Notes: generated by a model not told the origin, from the sequence alone. Counted from the first letter of the whole stretch, positions 35,438 through 48,583 are shown. The stretch: DNA of 62,083 bases, filler included, from Asterionella formosa (GCA_002256025.1; 28 parts of 28 records of this genome joined end to end with filler, not necessarily neighbours in it); one strand, 5' to 3'. A program made the numbers and translations.

Positions 35438-37065
35438 TTCGTATTTGTGGAGCGACTTTTGACAAAAAGTAATTCATGGATACACACGACAATTCCANNN
35501 NNNNNNNNNNNNNNNNNNNNNNNNNNNNNNNNNNNNNNNNNTTAATTAATTAANNNNNNNNNNNNNNNNNNNNNNNNNNNNNNNNNNNNNNNNNNNNTTG
35601 GACAATCTTGGATTCCTTTTTGTACTCGTGGTTCAGCAACGCTTGGAAAGAAACTTCTTCCATCCAGGGCATTAACCCCAGAAACAAGGAGCCCATGAGT
35701 ACCCGGTAGTTGGTTCCTGCTAGATAGTGTAGATATATTGTGGTGTGGTGGTTGGGACCTTTTTGTTTGGAGAGGGATCATTACCATCCATCCTCATGAG
35801 GCCAATGATGAAATCGATTACTTGTACCAGGTACCGTATGTTTCTGGTGTTAAGCACTGGTTCTTCCGTTTGTCAGCTTACGAAATGGTATCCTGAGCAT
35901 AAAACACATTTATTAATATCATGAATATGTACATATACAATTGTAAGTACGTACAACGCAGCATGCGCTCTTGCTAAAGGCAAGACACGCACGAGGGGGT
36001 CTCATGCCTGACACGAGTATACATATGTTCGAGGCTGTATGGCGCGAGTACCATGGTACCGTAGGTTGACTGTACGAGTGGCAACCCCAGTGCTGCAAGA
36101 AGGTCGGTCACCCTAGTACCAGTAAAGAACTGCTGTGACCCACTGAGTTCTCCTATTCGTTTGATTAGTTCGACTAAACCTTTTCCATGCCTTGCGAGAA
36201 TCAAACTTCCAGGTCTTGTTAACCAAAGGAGTCAGCAGGTTGTGGATCTGTCGGTATTCTTATTGAAGGTCGAGGTACTGAGATACAAACCCTTTTATGT
36301 GGACAAAATTTGCCAGTAATAGGTCACAGCAGTAATTAAATTTTTATGTATAATTGCATATAATTTTATATACCATTATGATCACGGATTACCCCATTTG
36401 GTTTTCGCAAAATTATTTTTAAGAATTTTCGCATCCAGTATTTGTATCACAATCACACATAAATGCATTCAGCCAAATTAAATGATTGCGCCTAACAACA
36501 CAGCTGCAATGTCGTCAGTATAGCTCCCTTGACTTCATCAATGAAGAAGTCAATGGGTGGAGCATGTGAGGAAAATCGGGGTTGAGGTTTTCTTGACGCC
36601 AACGTGGATCTGCTTGGCTGAACTCCTTGCAGATGAAGGCATTGAGTAACCTGGGCCTGTGAAGCCGAAGGATAAAGAAAAATATGCGACAAGGGTGGTG
36701 AGATAGTGTCTAGGGGGGGGAGCAGAAGTTATCATAGCTGAACGCATTCGAAACTTGTGTAGACAATAAATGGTGCGTGGCATGCCATGGCTGCTCTTGG
36801 CTGACAGCTGCCAAGTCAAGTACAAACACAACAAGCAAGGGTGCACAAAAGACAGTCCAATTTTAATCGACTGGCTGATACTTAGTTGTGAGACTCACCA
36901 TTCTGCAATAGGGTGGACTTTGATCATTGCTTCGTTCAAAGCACAATCAATTCGAATGCTGTCCAGTGAAACAGCCAATGAAAACAATTGTGTTGGCGAA
37001 AAAGCGCAGAACAGATCGAGAGATTTCATAGGAATTAAAATAACAGGGCATATATGATGCACTGC

Positions 37066-37712
37066 TCCTTGTGTAGACTAGCTATAATTGATCATTTCCA
37101 TATTTCATACTATACAGGTGCATGGATGACTCCTCTCGCCCTTTCATTAGATATGCAGCCATGTTGCGACAATTATTCAGGACCTATAGGATTGGTAGTC
37201 TGCTGGTCATCATTTCCGCATTGTATATACCAGTAGGAGTCATGTATGCATGCATGCTGCGATAATTCTTACAAGACATAAAAATTTGGTAGCTTGGGGG
37301 TTATCACTTCCGTACTGTATACAAGGGGAGGAAGGGGTTGCATGCATGAGCAACTACTCTGGTATAATCTATGATCTTCAATCAATGAATTTAGATTCGT
37401 TTATCCTATAACTTTGATCATAACATATTGATCATATGATGAACGGTGTCGTTGATGAGAAAATGAACGATCAACATTTATTTTCAAGAATCAGGATCAA
37501 TTGATCTTAAAAATATGATCAAATGATCCTAAACACATGAACATATTCAGTTTTCTGCTGCACTATTTTGGTATTTCCATGATGAAAGTAATTACCAGCA
37601 ATTATACAGGACTACCGGTAGGCCATATGAATTTTGGTCAATATGTCTATATACATAAATGTATGATTTCGACCATTTGAAAAATTGGTCATGACTCCCC
37701 CCGTTTATTAAG
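37066..37712 (+). repeat. Repeat copy near-identical to 31162-31806
   Basis: Direct alignment over about 650 bp. Confidence 0.9.
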
Positions 37713-37968
37713 NNNNNNNNNNNNNNNNNNNNNNNNNNNNNNNNNNNNNNNNNNNNTTAATTAATTAANNNNNNNNNNNNNNNNNNNNNNNNNNNNNNNN
37801 NNNNNNNNNNNNTCGTGCAAAACGGTTTTTGAGTTGCGGTATCAGGGGGTAGGCGGGTACCAGAAACCATCCTCATGCAGCAAACTTAAGTTTAAAAAAG
37901 ATTATCTTTCCTTCTTCACATTTTTCGCTCACAAAATATTGGTCTACTGTCACGCAAAAAGCCTGATC

Positions 37969-39924
37969 ATGAGAAAATTAACCTTTCTACATATCTTCAT
38001 TCTGTCTATCAGGAACTTGTATGGACAGCGCCCCAAGTCAATGAAGCTGGTCATCGAAGATCATGATGTAATTGACCAGCGTCCACACACCAATTTAGCA
38101 GAAGTCGGTACCGATGTTGATCTCTTGCGTCAGCTAGTTGATCGCAAAGCGGTCGACATTGAAGACCCAGCATTCAATGATGCCAATACTTGGTATCCGA
38201 ACCAAAGTACCTACCTTCAGGCCAACGCAGGAGCCCGATTGAATACAGCATCAAGTGCTGAAACGCCTCAGCAAAAGAAGCGACGTTTGGATGAGGAAGA
38301 TCCTGACGACTTCATTCAGCAGGAGTTTAACCCCCTAGAGAAGCACGCAATTTGCTTCAACGAGCCATACAGGACAAACTTTTCGGCCATTGACCAGAAT
38401 GGACTGTATAAGGATTATCAGCACATCTTTGATTGGGGAATTCGAAACACCATGGGTCCGCCATTGCAAGGATACTCCGAAGGTGGTCTTTCCATCAACC
38501 GCTTGCCTGGAATGTTTCTACGAATGTGTTTTCACGACAATGCTATTGATCCAAAACAGCCACATTTCCAAGATTACATAGACAATTTCATTCGAATCGA
38601 TAGTCACAACCAAACGAGGTGGACGGGTCCCATGCAATTCCTAGAAACTTCTGGCGCTGATGCTTCCAATCTAGTGTGCAGGGTAGAACGATTCCATCCC
38701 AACCAGAACCTTGAAGGAACGGCCTCACGAGTACTCTTTTCCCTTCAGAGCAAGGACATTCAGGGTATAGTTGACACAGCTGGAAATCCGACCAACATGG
38801 TTGGAAAGTACAACTTGTCCTATGCAGACTTGCTTCACAACGGATGTCTCGCTGCCACGAAATACCTTCGCCGAGACAAATTCAGCTCTAGCAACTCCAT
38901 CAATTATGAAGCACCTTCCATGTTATTTGGTCGCAAAGATGCATGTCGTTATAAGTGGAAGGAAGGGAAGCGAAAGGCGCTTTGTGGTCCCACCGAGCTG
39001 TTGCCTGGCTTAGCCTTAACAACGAAGGAATCCAATGATTGGTTCATTGATCGAGGCATGACTCCGTGTCAGTTTATGGCGTTGATGTGGACTCACAGTA
39101 CTTTGGCCCCCATGGCAGACAATGTGGGTAACACATGCCCACTGACAAAGCTTCCCTGTGGAGAAGAGTTGGATTACTTTACGGCCTTCCTGCAGCCAGG
39201 TCAGCACCGTGTGGCAAGCGTTGATGCCATTGAAGAAGACAAAGAGGCTCCGAATTGCAATTGGACGATGGGGGACACTCCAGCTCGAAGCCGAGGACTT
39301 TCCCAACAACGATTCGATCACGGTCAACGAAGGCTGAAAAAATCAACACAGATGTCTTCTACCATCGAGGTTGAACGAAGCCTACAGTTCCCGAAAGGTG
39401 CAGCTTCCGCGAGCAAGAAAGATGGTCCACAACATCAGTTTAAACGGAACTCGGTAAAAGTAGCTAGTCACGCTCATCATCAAGGTGTAAATGCACAGAT
39501 GCCAGTTGTTAAAAAAATGAAAAAGGGTCGCCCAAAGATTCCAGCAACCGGTGGTTATCTTGATGAACTGCCAACGATTTCAAAAGGAGCAAATATGGCA
39601 GACAAATCTCACTTTACTGGTGAGGAAAGCGAACTGAAGACATGGCCTCTGACGGCTATTGATTGCACCTTATCATTGGACGTGACATCGAGAGCAGCAC
39701 TTGATAATCCGATGGATGAAAATCTCCGAGTCCTCAAGGATGTCATCCAGAATTTTCATATGAATTCTCCAGAACAGGTGTTGATTTGTGCCCTCCACAT
39801 GCTGGGGGGTAGAGGGGATTCACATGATTGTGACGACATTCCCGGCTCAAAATCTTGCACCGAAATAGGTACTGACAAGGTTTCAAATGACCATATGTTT
39901 GGCGGATACTATGGGCATCCTTAG
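37969..39924 (+). CDS. Secreted heme peroxidase (non-animal peroxidase superfamily), divergent
   Basis: Signal-like start MRKLTFLHIFILSI; distal motif FLRMCFHD; GADAS, LSYADL, FGRKDA, LPG; proximal motif FMALMWTHSTL. Confidence 0.8.
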   Translation: MRKLTFLHIFILSIRNLYGQRPKSMKLVIEDHDVIDQRPHTNLAEVGTDVDLLRQLVDRKAVDIEDPAFNDANTWYPNQSTYLQANAGARLNTASSAETPQQKKRRLDEEDPDDFIQQEFNPLEKHAICFNEPYRTNFSAIDQNGLYKDYQHIFDWGIRNTMGPPLQGYSEGGLSINRLPGMFLRMCFHDNAIDPKQPHFQDYIDNFIRIDSHNQTRWTGPMQFLETSGADASNLVCRVERFHPNQNLEGTASRVLFSLQSKDIQGIVDTAGNPTNMVGKYNLSYADLLHNGCLAATKYLRRDKFSSSNSINYEAPSMLFGRKDACRYKWKEGKRKALCGPTELLPGLALTTKESNDWFIDRGMTPCQFMALMWTHSTLAPMADNVGNTCPLTKLPCGEELDYFTAFLQPGQHRVASVDAIEEDKEAPNCNWTMGDTPARSRGLSQQRFDHGQRRLKKSTQMSSTIEVERSLQFPKGAASASKKDGPQHQFKRNSVKVASHAHHQGVNAQMPVVKKMKKGRPKIPATGGYLDELPTISKGANMADKSHFTGEESELKTWPLTAIDCTLSLDVTSRAALDNPMDENLRVLKDVIQNFHMNSPEQVLICALHMLGGRGDSHDCDDIPGSKSCTEIGTDKVSNDHMFGGYYGHP

Positions 39925-40029
39925 TGCTTNNNNNNNNNNNNNNNNNNNNNNNNNNNNNNNNNNNNNNNNNNNNTTAATTAATTAANNNNNNNNNNNNNNN
40001 NNNNNNNNNNNNNNNNNNNNNNNNNNNNN

Positions 40030-41925
40030 TTGTCTCTCGTCGCCATTGCACCTTTCTTGCCAGCAGAAGCGACGAAGCGAAAGCCATGGAAGCACCAACG
40101 CGCCTTCCCACTAAAATCATCCGCTAGTTTCACTATTGACAACATGACATGCACACACTTTAAACAGCCGCTCAACCATTTCGTATCCATAGGAAAGAGC
40201 CCGAGCTATTTGCAGAGATATTGTTTGTACGATGGGTTCATGACCAACTTAACTACTGATCCAATCTTTCTCTACACTGGCAACGAATCTCCCTTGGAAC
40301 AATACATCAACAATACTGGGTTGATATGGGAGCTAGCGCCAACCTTCCAGGCCCAAGTTGCCTTCTTCGAACATCGATACGAAGGAGAATCCCTGCCAAG
40401 AAACATATCCAATGATTGCATGTCCTACGCATCGTCACAACAAGCCCTTGCAGACTTTGTAACGCTGTTAGATTTCCTTAATCCTCAATCCAAACGACCG
40501 GTGATTGCATTCGGTGGGAGCTATGGGGGGATGTTGAGTTCATGGTTGCGCATGAAGTACCCCGACATGATCGCTGGAGCAATTGCAGCATCAGCTCCCA
40601 TTTGGGGCTTTCCCAGGAATCGACCCACCGCGATTGACACTGCTTGGACAGTTGTCACAACCGGCCTGACTCTGTCGTTTCCACCCACACTGGAAACGCG
40701 AAAGGATAATCACTGTGTGGAGAATCTGCAAGCAGCGTGGCCTCTGATTATGTTTCTGGGAGAGACTCAACAAGGGAGAGACGAATTGGCTAAAGCATTT
40801 AGGTTGTGCGATCCACTGGAGGACATGGATAGTGTACTTCAGCTGCTCGAATGGGCGCAGAGCCCGTGGTTTGATCTGGCAGAAAGTAGTTTTCCATATC
40901 CGTCATCATATATTACATTCGCCTTGCATATGGGATTAAATGATCTGCCAGCCTGGCCCCTTCAGGCAGCTTGCTGGAATGTCAGCCACCTACACCAGGA
41001 ATGGGGTATCCAAATAAACGGGAACAGGGAAGCAACTGCAGTGAAGCACTCAATTAAATATGGAGATTCAGGACTGGTTCTTGATGTTGACTGGAACAAT
41101 GTATCGGTGCATGATGCATCATCCTGGTCATACTCTGAAACAATTGTTGGCTTACTTTCAAGTGTTAGAGATGCTGTTGGAATTTGGTTTAATGTCAGTC
41201 ACAACCTTGGTTGCTTCAACATAACACCAGCTATCAACATGAATGCAAAAGAATGGGAAAACATCAGTGTTGACTACAATCAAGTCACAGAAACCAGCAA
41301 ATCTCAATCACTGCGAAGGGTGGAAAGGAAGAAGGGTGCAGATGATGCGCAGAAATGTCTTGAAAAAATGAAAGCTGAAGGCAGTTGGAATTCACTTTGT
41401 TGCAATGAAGATATGAATATAATCATTACAGATGCTAGGGGTCTTGGGCATGATATGTTTTGGCCTCCTTCTTTTCCAAGAGGTACTGAAACATATAACG
41501 ATATCATTCACGACTACTCTGTTGATTGGTGCATTGACCCTGATGGGATCTTTGGCTATCCTCAAGTTCACGATCCCTGGTCCACATGGTTGGATCTTTA
41601 TTATGGTGGGCTTCGCATTGGTTCCCATTCCAACATTGTTTTTTCCAATGGATTATTGGACCCCTGGAGTGCAGCTGGTGTTTATGCAGACGAAATACCC
41701 CCATCAACTGGCTATGATGGTCCAATGGTTCAAAATATCACCACCGATGGTAGTATGATTGCACTAATTATTGAGTTTGGTGGTCACCACACTGACTTAA
41801 TGTACAGTGATCCACTTGATCCAGGTTGTGTTGTAAAGGCAAGAGAAATTGAAAGACTGCACATCAAAAAATGGATTGAGGGATGGCATGGGGGTAAAGC
41901 CAGCTTGACTTGTTCTAGAGACTAG
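40030..41925 (+). CDS. Lysosomal Pro-X carboxypeptidase (peptidase S28), 5' partial
   Basis: PIFLYTGNE, EHRYEGES, QALADF, nucleophile GGSYGG, SNIVFSNGLLDPW and GGHHTDL motifs. Confidence 0.95.
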   Translation: MSLVAIAPFLPAEATKRKPWKHQRAFPLKSSASFTIDNMTCTHFKQPLNHFVSIGKSPSYLQRYCLYDGFMTNLTTDPIFLYTGNESPLEQYINNTGLIWELAPTFQAQVAFFEHRYEGESLPRNISNDCMSYASSQQALADFVTLLDFLNPQSKRPVIAFGGSYGGMLSSWLRMKYPDMIAGAIAASAPIWGFPRNRPTAIDTAWTVVTTGLTLSFPPTLETRKDNHCVENLQAAWPLIMFLGETQQGRDELAKAFRLCDPLEDMDSVLQLLEWAQSPWFDLAESSFPYPSSYITFALHMGLNDLPAWPLQAACWNVSHLHQEWGIQINGNREATAVKHSIKYGDSGLVLDVDWNNVSVHDASSWSYSETIVGLLSSVRDAVGIWFNVSHNLGCFNITPAINMNAKEWENISVDYNQVTETSKSQSLRRVERKKGADDAQKCLEKMKAEGSWNSLCCNEDMNIIITDARGLGHDMFWPPSFPRGTETYNDIIHDYSVDWCIDPDGIFGYPQVHDPWSTWLDLYYGGLRIGSHSNIVFSNGLLDPWSAAGVYADEIPPSTGYDGPMVQNITTDGSMIALIIEFGGHHTDLMYSDPLDPGCVVKAREIERLHIKKWIEGWHGGKASLTCSRD

Positions 41926-42246
41926 CTCATTTGTGGTGTCATCATTCTATCATTAGATTGTACTTCATACCATGAAGATTTGATTTCCCATTGCATGCCA
42001 TATCATATTGTGTCACTTTCGGGTATATTCTGGTACAAACATTTTGCGTGTCCGTCCTTCTCACCTTGCTATCTTTATGGCAGCAAGAAAGCCGCATCGT
42101 CAGGATGGTCACGACACCCCCAGTATTATGAGCATACCTGGTACTANNNNNNNNNNNNNNNNNNNNNNNNNNNNNNNNNNNNNNNNNNNNTTAATTAATT
42201 AANNNNNNNNNNNNNNNNNNNNNNNNNNNNNNNNNNNNNNNNNNNN

Positions 42247-42385
42247 CTAGATTTGTCCTTCAATTCTTTCACTGGCACACTTCCGACTGAGATTGGTCTT
42301 TTGACAACAAGTCTCAGTGGACTAGGATTGAGTAACAATTCATTTACTGGTTCAGTTCCCCTAGACTTTGGTCATCTAATATTCG
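42247..42385 (+). CDS. Plant-receptor-type LRR fragment
   Basis: Manual translation LDLSFNSFTGTLPTEIGLLTTSLSGLGLSNNSFTGSVPLDFGHL. Confidence 0.7.
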
Positions 42386-43289
42386 TTGTGCACGTGTGAG
42401 GGACAGAATCAAACAATGTAAGTATGACATTACCGTATTTGGATTAATGTTTACTTGGATGACAATTTAACTACGAATATACATAAATACATTTATTTTA
42501 CATATAATAAGGTGAGTTAAAAGTATGTACATAATAATAATGTAGTAGTTCATTTCATCATTGTGCATCGTAATTGCAGAGGTGGTTGGCAGCCAGCCAG
42601 CAGTTCGTTTGGATTAGGCTTTACATAGCTATTACAGTGCTCTGGATGCTTCCGGTTCCAGAACTCATCAAGGCTTTTTATGCTGCTGGGTTGGCTTGGC
42701 TTGGGTATCTCTTCACACAACTGCAGCGTTGTGAACCAGCAGTTCAGCTGCTACTGCCATTGCCACTACTTGCAGGAGCAAGGGACAGTCGAATCCTGAT
42801 TCATCATTAGAATCAGAAGACAACAACACTTGAGTTGGATCCAGCGACGAGTGAAACTACCAGTATTCCTGACTTGGAGGCTACCTCATTTATTAGAAAA
42901 GACCAACAAAGCTATGCTTGCATGGCTTGGTCACCGTGATCTCAGTCTCGCTACTGCTTGTATGGTACTTGATGGATTCTGGAGAGAACCTCCACTTGGA
43001 TCATTGAATCAAACTTTATCACAAGAAAGGAACCTCGATTATCGAATGGCTAGACGTGAGAAGCGTCTACAACGACGACATTGAAACCAGCCACACAGCA
43101 AATACAAATTTATTGTTTCTAGACCAAAGCTTAAAAGTCTGCATACCGGTATTCGCTTCAAGCTGTTCACCAGCCACAGGTGGCATTGATTGTTCTCACA
43201 TGTGATTCAACTATGGTACCCTTACTGAAGCTTTGAGGGAAGCTGCCAAGTTCTTTCTAGTCTCGATCTGGAACCTGACTTAATCATGG

Positions 43290-44347
43290 AGAATGCAAAC
43301 CACGATCAAATAATGAACAACTTGCACTTTAGTACAGTTTATTTATTTATTCATTTATTTGCCAAGCCGCAGCTTTCCTTTTTGATGGCAATCTATCGTG
43401 GTACCGGTACATACATAGCTATCAAACATGGAAGGACCTATATACATTACCGGTTCTATTCATCATCAGTGCAACTGCCCTATTAAATATCACTTGAATG
43501 CTGATTATTCTACTTTGAAACTTGTCCTTGGACATCATTACACCGGTAGCAGATTCTGCTACTGGTACTTAGTATGGAGTAGCACATTCGGCTATTGGAT
43601 CCTCATCAGAATAGGAGTCCTTGCGAAGAATGAATTTCTATTTGGAAATATCCTGTATATGATAATCATGTTATGTCAAAGCGCCAATTTCATTTTTTCA
43701 AATAATTCCAATGGAACCATATACCGACATTATTACCGGTAGTAGTTATGCTCAAGTGGGCACAGAATCATTTCGTCTGCTGCCTTATGATGCAGAAATA
43801 TTTCGTGCATGTCATGATTCTGGTCGAACAATCATATAAGTGATGTGGTTGGCTTATATTAATTTCCATCACGATCCAAGTCGTAGAGTCTACACAAGTT
43901 AATACCGTTGTAGGACTGGTATGGAATAATCTATAGAAGGTGGAAATATACATCTTAGGTTTGCCGGTAGTTCAATGTACCAGATATCTGGGAGTACCGG
44001 ATATCTCCACGGATATAATAATAGAAGAATAACTCCACATGGACATTAAAAGTCGCTCCACATTGGGGGTTCAGCCAGTATGATTGCTAATATCTTCACA
44101 TATATGCATAATTTTATCATTTTTACATCTGTGATAGGCAGGAAGGGTTACATAATGATGTATCACGATATATTAGCACATGGGTAGCATGTGAAGTATC
44201 TAACTAGAAGTAGTAGTATTTGTTGAATATATGAGCTTATTTGTTAATCCTTGTGTGTAACTCGTTCTCCAAGTCGACACCAAAGTATACAATGAGGGTT
44301 AGTCGAGTTCTCTCATTATTGAGTTCTTATACATATATGATATAACA
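43290..44347 (+). mobile_element. Highly decayed copia RT/RNase H end and possible LTR
   Basis: Only weak echoes are visible: KPQLSF (cf. RPDIAF), AIKHGRTY (cf. AVKRIGRY), IANIFT (cf. IADIFTK), then a purine tract and ...ATAACA. Confidence 0.3.
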
Positions 44348-44462
44348 CTAACCCTATATACANNNNNNNNNNNNNNNNNNNNNNNNNNNNNNNNNNNNNN
44401 NNNNNNTTAATTAATTAANNNNNNNNNNNNNNNNNNNNNNNNNNNNNNNNNNNNNNNNNNNN

Positions 44463-45770
44463 TTTGTTCCAACAGAAGTGAAAAGGTCCAACAAGCGACA
44501 AGAGCACTTACGCAATTTGGTTTTGTTTTACATTGGTGCTCCCCAACAAGCGAAACGAGCTGTTGAATCAACTGAGAAAAAAGGAAATGTGGCTGCGTTT
44601 AGTTAACAATTTGTTGTTGTCCTGCCTGCCTCCCAACGATTGTCATCCAAGTACCACATTGATGGCTTCATTACCTTAAATATTCTCCATCCTTCGAAGG
44701 CGCAATGTATCGAAATCACAATGTTTTTCGTGATGTATTGCGAAAACTTTCTTTTCTTGTCATGTGCTTTACTACAACGTATCTTTTCATGAAGCAGCAG
44801 GCATTCTTTGTTAACATGACAGAACGATTTCAAAAATATATATGCCATGTATATAGTAATAAAATTTGTAAATATATATATATATAAATATATATATATC
44901 AAGTGTTATACATTTATAAAATTCAAAGGCGCTCTCGATATGGAACATCTGATATGGTTGGGATGATCATACTCGCATTTACATAATTCGAAAATACTCA
45001 ATGCACCACATGTCCATTGTTTTCCACGACTACGTGTACCGGAATTGTTTCTGAAATTTGTTTGCATCGATATTTTCTACGTCCGTTGAAACTAATTATT
45101 TAGACCGTTCAATTGCCGCAAGGGTTTTGGTAGCAAATTGTTGAAGCCCCTTTTTTGGTTGGGAGCTCTTCATGTGTAACGGTACATCATACCGGTATGA
45201 CAATAACAATATATCATATATATATACAGAGCACCAGTAACAGGCAGTAAGTGATATACTGGGGGTAGTCGGAGTAGTAAACTAGCAACAGAACACCATA
45301 TGTTCAGGACTGTTGCTACTGTAGTGGGACAGTAAATCATCATAGTTTTAGAATCGTATGATCATAAAACTGAAATTTAAAAGAACACCATATGTTCATG
45401 ACTGTTGCAATTACAGTAGAACAGTAAATCATCATAGTTTTAGGATTGTATAATCGTAAAACTAAAATTAAATCGAAAACTTTATGTTCAGAATTGTTGT
45501 TACCATAGCTTACTGCAGTGGAACAGTAAATCATCATAGTTTTAGGATTGTATGATCATAAAACTGAAAAGCACTAGTCGGAGTAATCAGCAAGCAACAG
45601 AACACCATAGTAAATCATCATAGTTTTAGGATTGTATGATCGTGAAACTGAAAAGCGGTACCGGTAGTCGGAGTAATAAGCAAGCAATAGAACACCATAT
45701 GTCTATGACTGCTGCTACTACAGCGGGACAGTAAATGAATTTAAGATCATCGAACTTTAAGGAAGACAAC
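44463..45770 (-). repeat. Dispersed AT-rich repeat family, copy D (reverse complement of copy A, tandem units 45290-45735)
   Basis: Collinear in reverse with 11410-12650, including the junction to PGRL1. Confidence 0.9.
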
Positions 45771-45804
45771 GACAACAGCTGGTCGTGTTGCTGGTCCACT
45801 TTTA

Positions 45805-46578
45805 ATGGCCGAAGAAGGAAGCGACGAAAAGATCACCATTATGAGCGGAACGAGAGAAATCGCTTACAACGCCAAGTCTGGACGATTCTTTGAGACTAAC
45901 TTGCAGGAAGAAGAATGCATTCCTGACGAGGAATACTGTGTCGTCGATCCGGAAAGTGGGGAACTCATTCGTCTCACAGTAGCCGAAAAGGAGCATATCT
46001 TTCTGGACGCGCTTCAGTCCTACTATGCCACTGGAAGGCAAGCTCAAGGATGACGAGTTTGACCTATTGAAGGAAGATTTGCAATGGAATGGATCTGACA
46101 TGGTTGTCATAAAGCGAAAGGAAGCCACATATCTCGCCGCCATGCAGGCATACTTGAAAGGTGAACCGATGATGCCAGATGCTGAGTTTGACGCATTGAA
46201 GACGGAGCTCAAGGAAACTGGATCGAAGTTTGCAGTCTCAACATCTCCAAAATGCTAGATCGACACTGGAATTTGCACTGTCACATTGAAAGAAGACCAA
46301 TGCAGATCAAATCTTCTCTACCTTCCCGCCATTATTGTTCTCACAAGTGTTTGGCTTGGTATTGGTTTCGAACTCTTGTCGACTGTGTTGAGAATCAACC
46401 CGTTGTTCTTCCTCCTCATTGGCACTCCGTTCCTCTACACCGGATCTAAATTTATTACAGAGGAGATTCTCTTCCCTGGTAAATTCATTGCTTTCGGGCC
46501 TTGCCCCAGCTGTGAAGTTGAGAACCGCGTCTACTTTGGAAAGATCTTGGGTGTGGAGGGTTTCACTGACATTGCTAA
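45805..46578 (+). pseudogene. PGRL1: PGRL1 pseudogene (5'-truncated, frameshift near 46040, TAG at 46256-46258)
   Basis: FLDALQSYY, EFDLLKEDLQWNGS, MQAYLKGEPMMPDAEFDALK, PKC, a TM region and GPCPSCEVENRVYFG occur in successive frames. Confidence 0.85.
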
Positions 46579-46678
46579 NNNNNNNNNNNNNNNNNNNNNN
46601 NNNNNNNNNNNNNNNNNNNNNNTTAATTAATTAANNNNNNNNNNNNNNNNNNNNNNNNNNNNNNNNNNNNNNNNNNNN

Positions 46679-47682
46679 TTTTTTTTCAGAACACACCATT
46701 TTGTCTGAAGAAGACCAAATGCCATTTCTATTCTTATCCTTAGCTGTGAAAGGAAAAAGTTAAATGTATCCTGTGTTGGATCATCACGTTGTGAGCCAAC
46801 AAAGGGAACAAGCATTACATCAGACAATGTGTAAGCTGCATCGCCGACCAGATAAAAACCTGTGTTGAATGCTGCAACTTGATCGAAAATGGAAGTTTTT
46901 TCAAAAGCTACTTGGTCACTGCATTTTCCCGGTGCAATTACACCAAAATAAATAAATCTTGAGTCAGCATCACAAACAGCCTGGACATTGATTCCATAAG
47001 TCATGTAGTGACCGGAAAAAAATGAACCAGGGTTGTTGCCACTTTCAACTATAGTCGGGCGGTTGATGGTGGCAAGGAAGCCGTCAATAGCACCAACACA
47101 TCCTCTCATCACGCCCTCTGAGCTTTTGCATTCAAAGCTGGAAGCCAATTTGATAAATTCTTCTTTTTCTTTTGGAAAAATAATTTCGAGTTCTTCACAG
47201 TTTAGTACAGCATCAATGAACAAATCACGACATCGATAAAGTGAAGCAATGCTACAACCGTAGGCATGACGAATGTCGATGTACCTGCCACCAGCCAGCC
47301 ATCGCAAACCAATGGCTACCACAATTTCGGGAATTATGGGCTCAGAAGTGCCACATTTGGAATAATTCCCTGCAATCTGAATTTCCAGCATGGAGGTGAG
47401 TTTTTTGAATGCTCTGTGTGACATTCTGTATGTCTTCTCGAAAGCAATCTCGTGATTGAGTTTCTCGACATGTGATTGCCAGGAGATTCTTTCGTGGTGC
47501 CACTTGTGCCTTCGTTGTCGTCGTCGTTCAGATGACTGAAGCTGCCGTTTACAGCGTCGCCTTTGTCGTTTGGATGAGTGTTCTTTTTCCTCTGCTTCCT
47601 TAGTTAAATGACAGAGGAAGAAGAAATCAAGATCACTACTGTCATCGTCATTATCATCAAGTAAATCAAATGGCGACGACAT
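46679..47682 (-). mobile_element. PIF/Harbinger (HARBI1-like, DDE_Tnp_4) transposase, 3' partial
   Basis: FEKTYRMS..AF, GLRWLAGG, GCVGAIDG, INVQAVCD, GKCSD, LVGDAAY and FNFFLSQLRIRIEMAFGLL motifs. Confidence 0.93.
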
Positions 47683-48459
47683 GATTCATGCAAATGTGTG
47701 TTTTTAATATTATATTTAGTTTCCCGGTAATTATATTTTGTTGTTGCTTGATATCAAGACCATCATTATATTCTGGAGGGATATACACATGATCTTCGCC
47801 AGCCTGTTGCCGTTGAAGATTCATTTTACTCCATGATACAATGTGATCACAAATTAGTGATACAGTGACACTTTTGGAATGAATGAAATTCAGTTCAAAT
47901 CGAGTTACCGTTGCTGATACATTTTCAAAAAAATTCAAATTCCGTGATACACGAAAAAAAATGATAAGAACGACCCTAAGTCATAAAGATTGTTGCATAG
48001 CGGTGGCTTACAGTGCATATTTTTCTATCCATACATGAATATATTTTCCCCCCAAACCGTGATTATTTTTACTACGTTTATAGTACAGAAGCTATTTTCG
48101 TATTACTTTACCTTTTTTGCGCGATGCAGTATGCTTTTGGCGCTTGCATCATCAACGAATTCTTCTGATGCATAATGTATTCGAAAGCATTATGACGTCG
48201 TACACACATTTAATTATACGAAATTAATTCAATGGGAAGAATATTAAGGTTCCTGCATTTGAACCCCTAGCTCGAGGTAGGGTTAAAAAACAAATGTTAA
48301 GTCAGAGTAGTCAAACATAGACTTCTTACGAGTAAAATGTATATGTATATCGCTAAACGGAGCTTTCACCAATACACACCCTTTCCACATGCTTAAATAC
48401 AGTCATTTATCAAAGTAGGGGTATAGGTCAACGCTATATATCGTCAGGATATAGGATCT

Positions 48460-48583
48460 GGCGAGAAACTGCAGAGAGGAACTTCGGTTTTTTTAACTAT
48501 GCTGAAAATAGTGGATTTTACCGGGCTAACTCGTTTATTTGGCCTAGTAAAAAAACCGAAGTTCCTTTCTGCAGTTTCTCGCC
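48460..48583. repeat. 124-bp inverted repeat / MITE-like hairpin
   Basis: Arms GGCGAGAAACTGCAGA(G/A)AGGAACTTCGGTTTTTTTA of about 36 bp with one mismatch. Confidence 0.85.
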
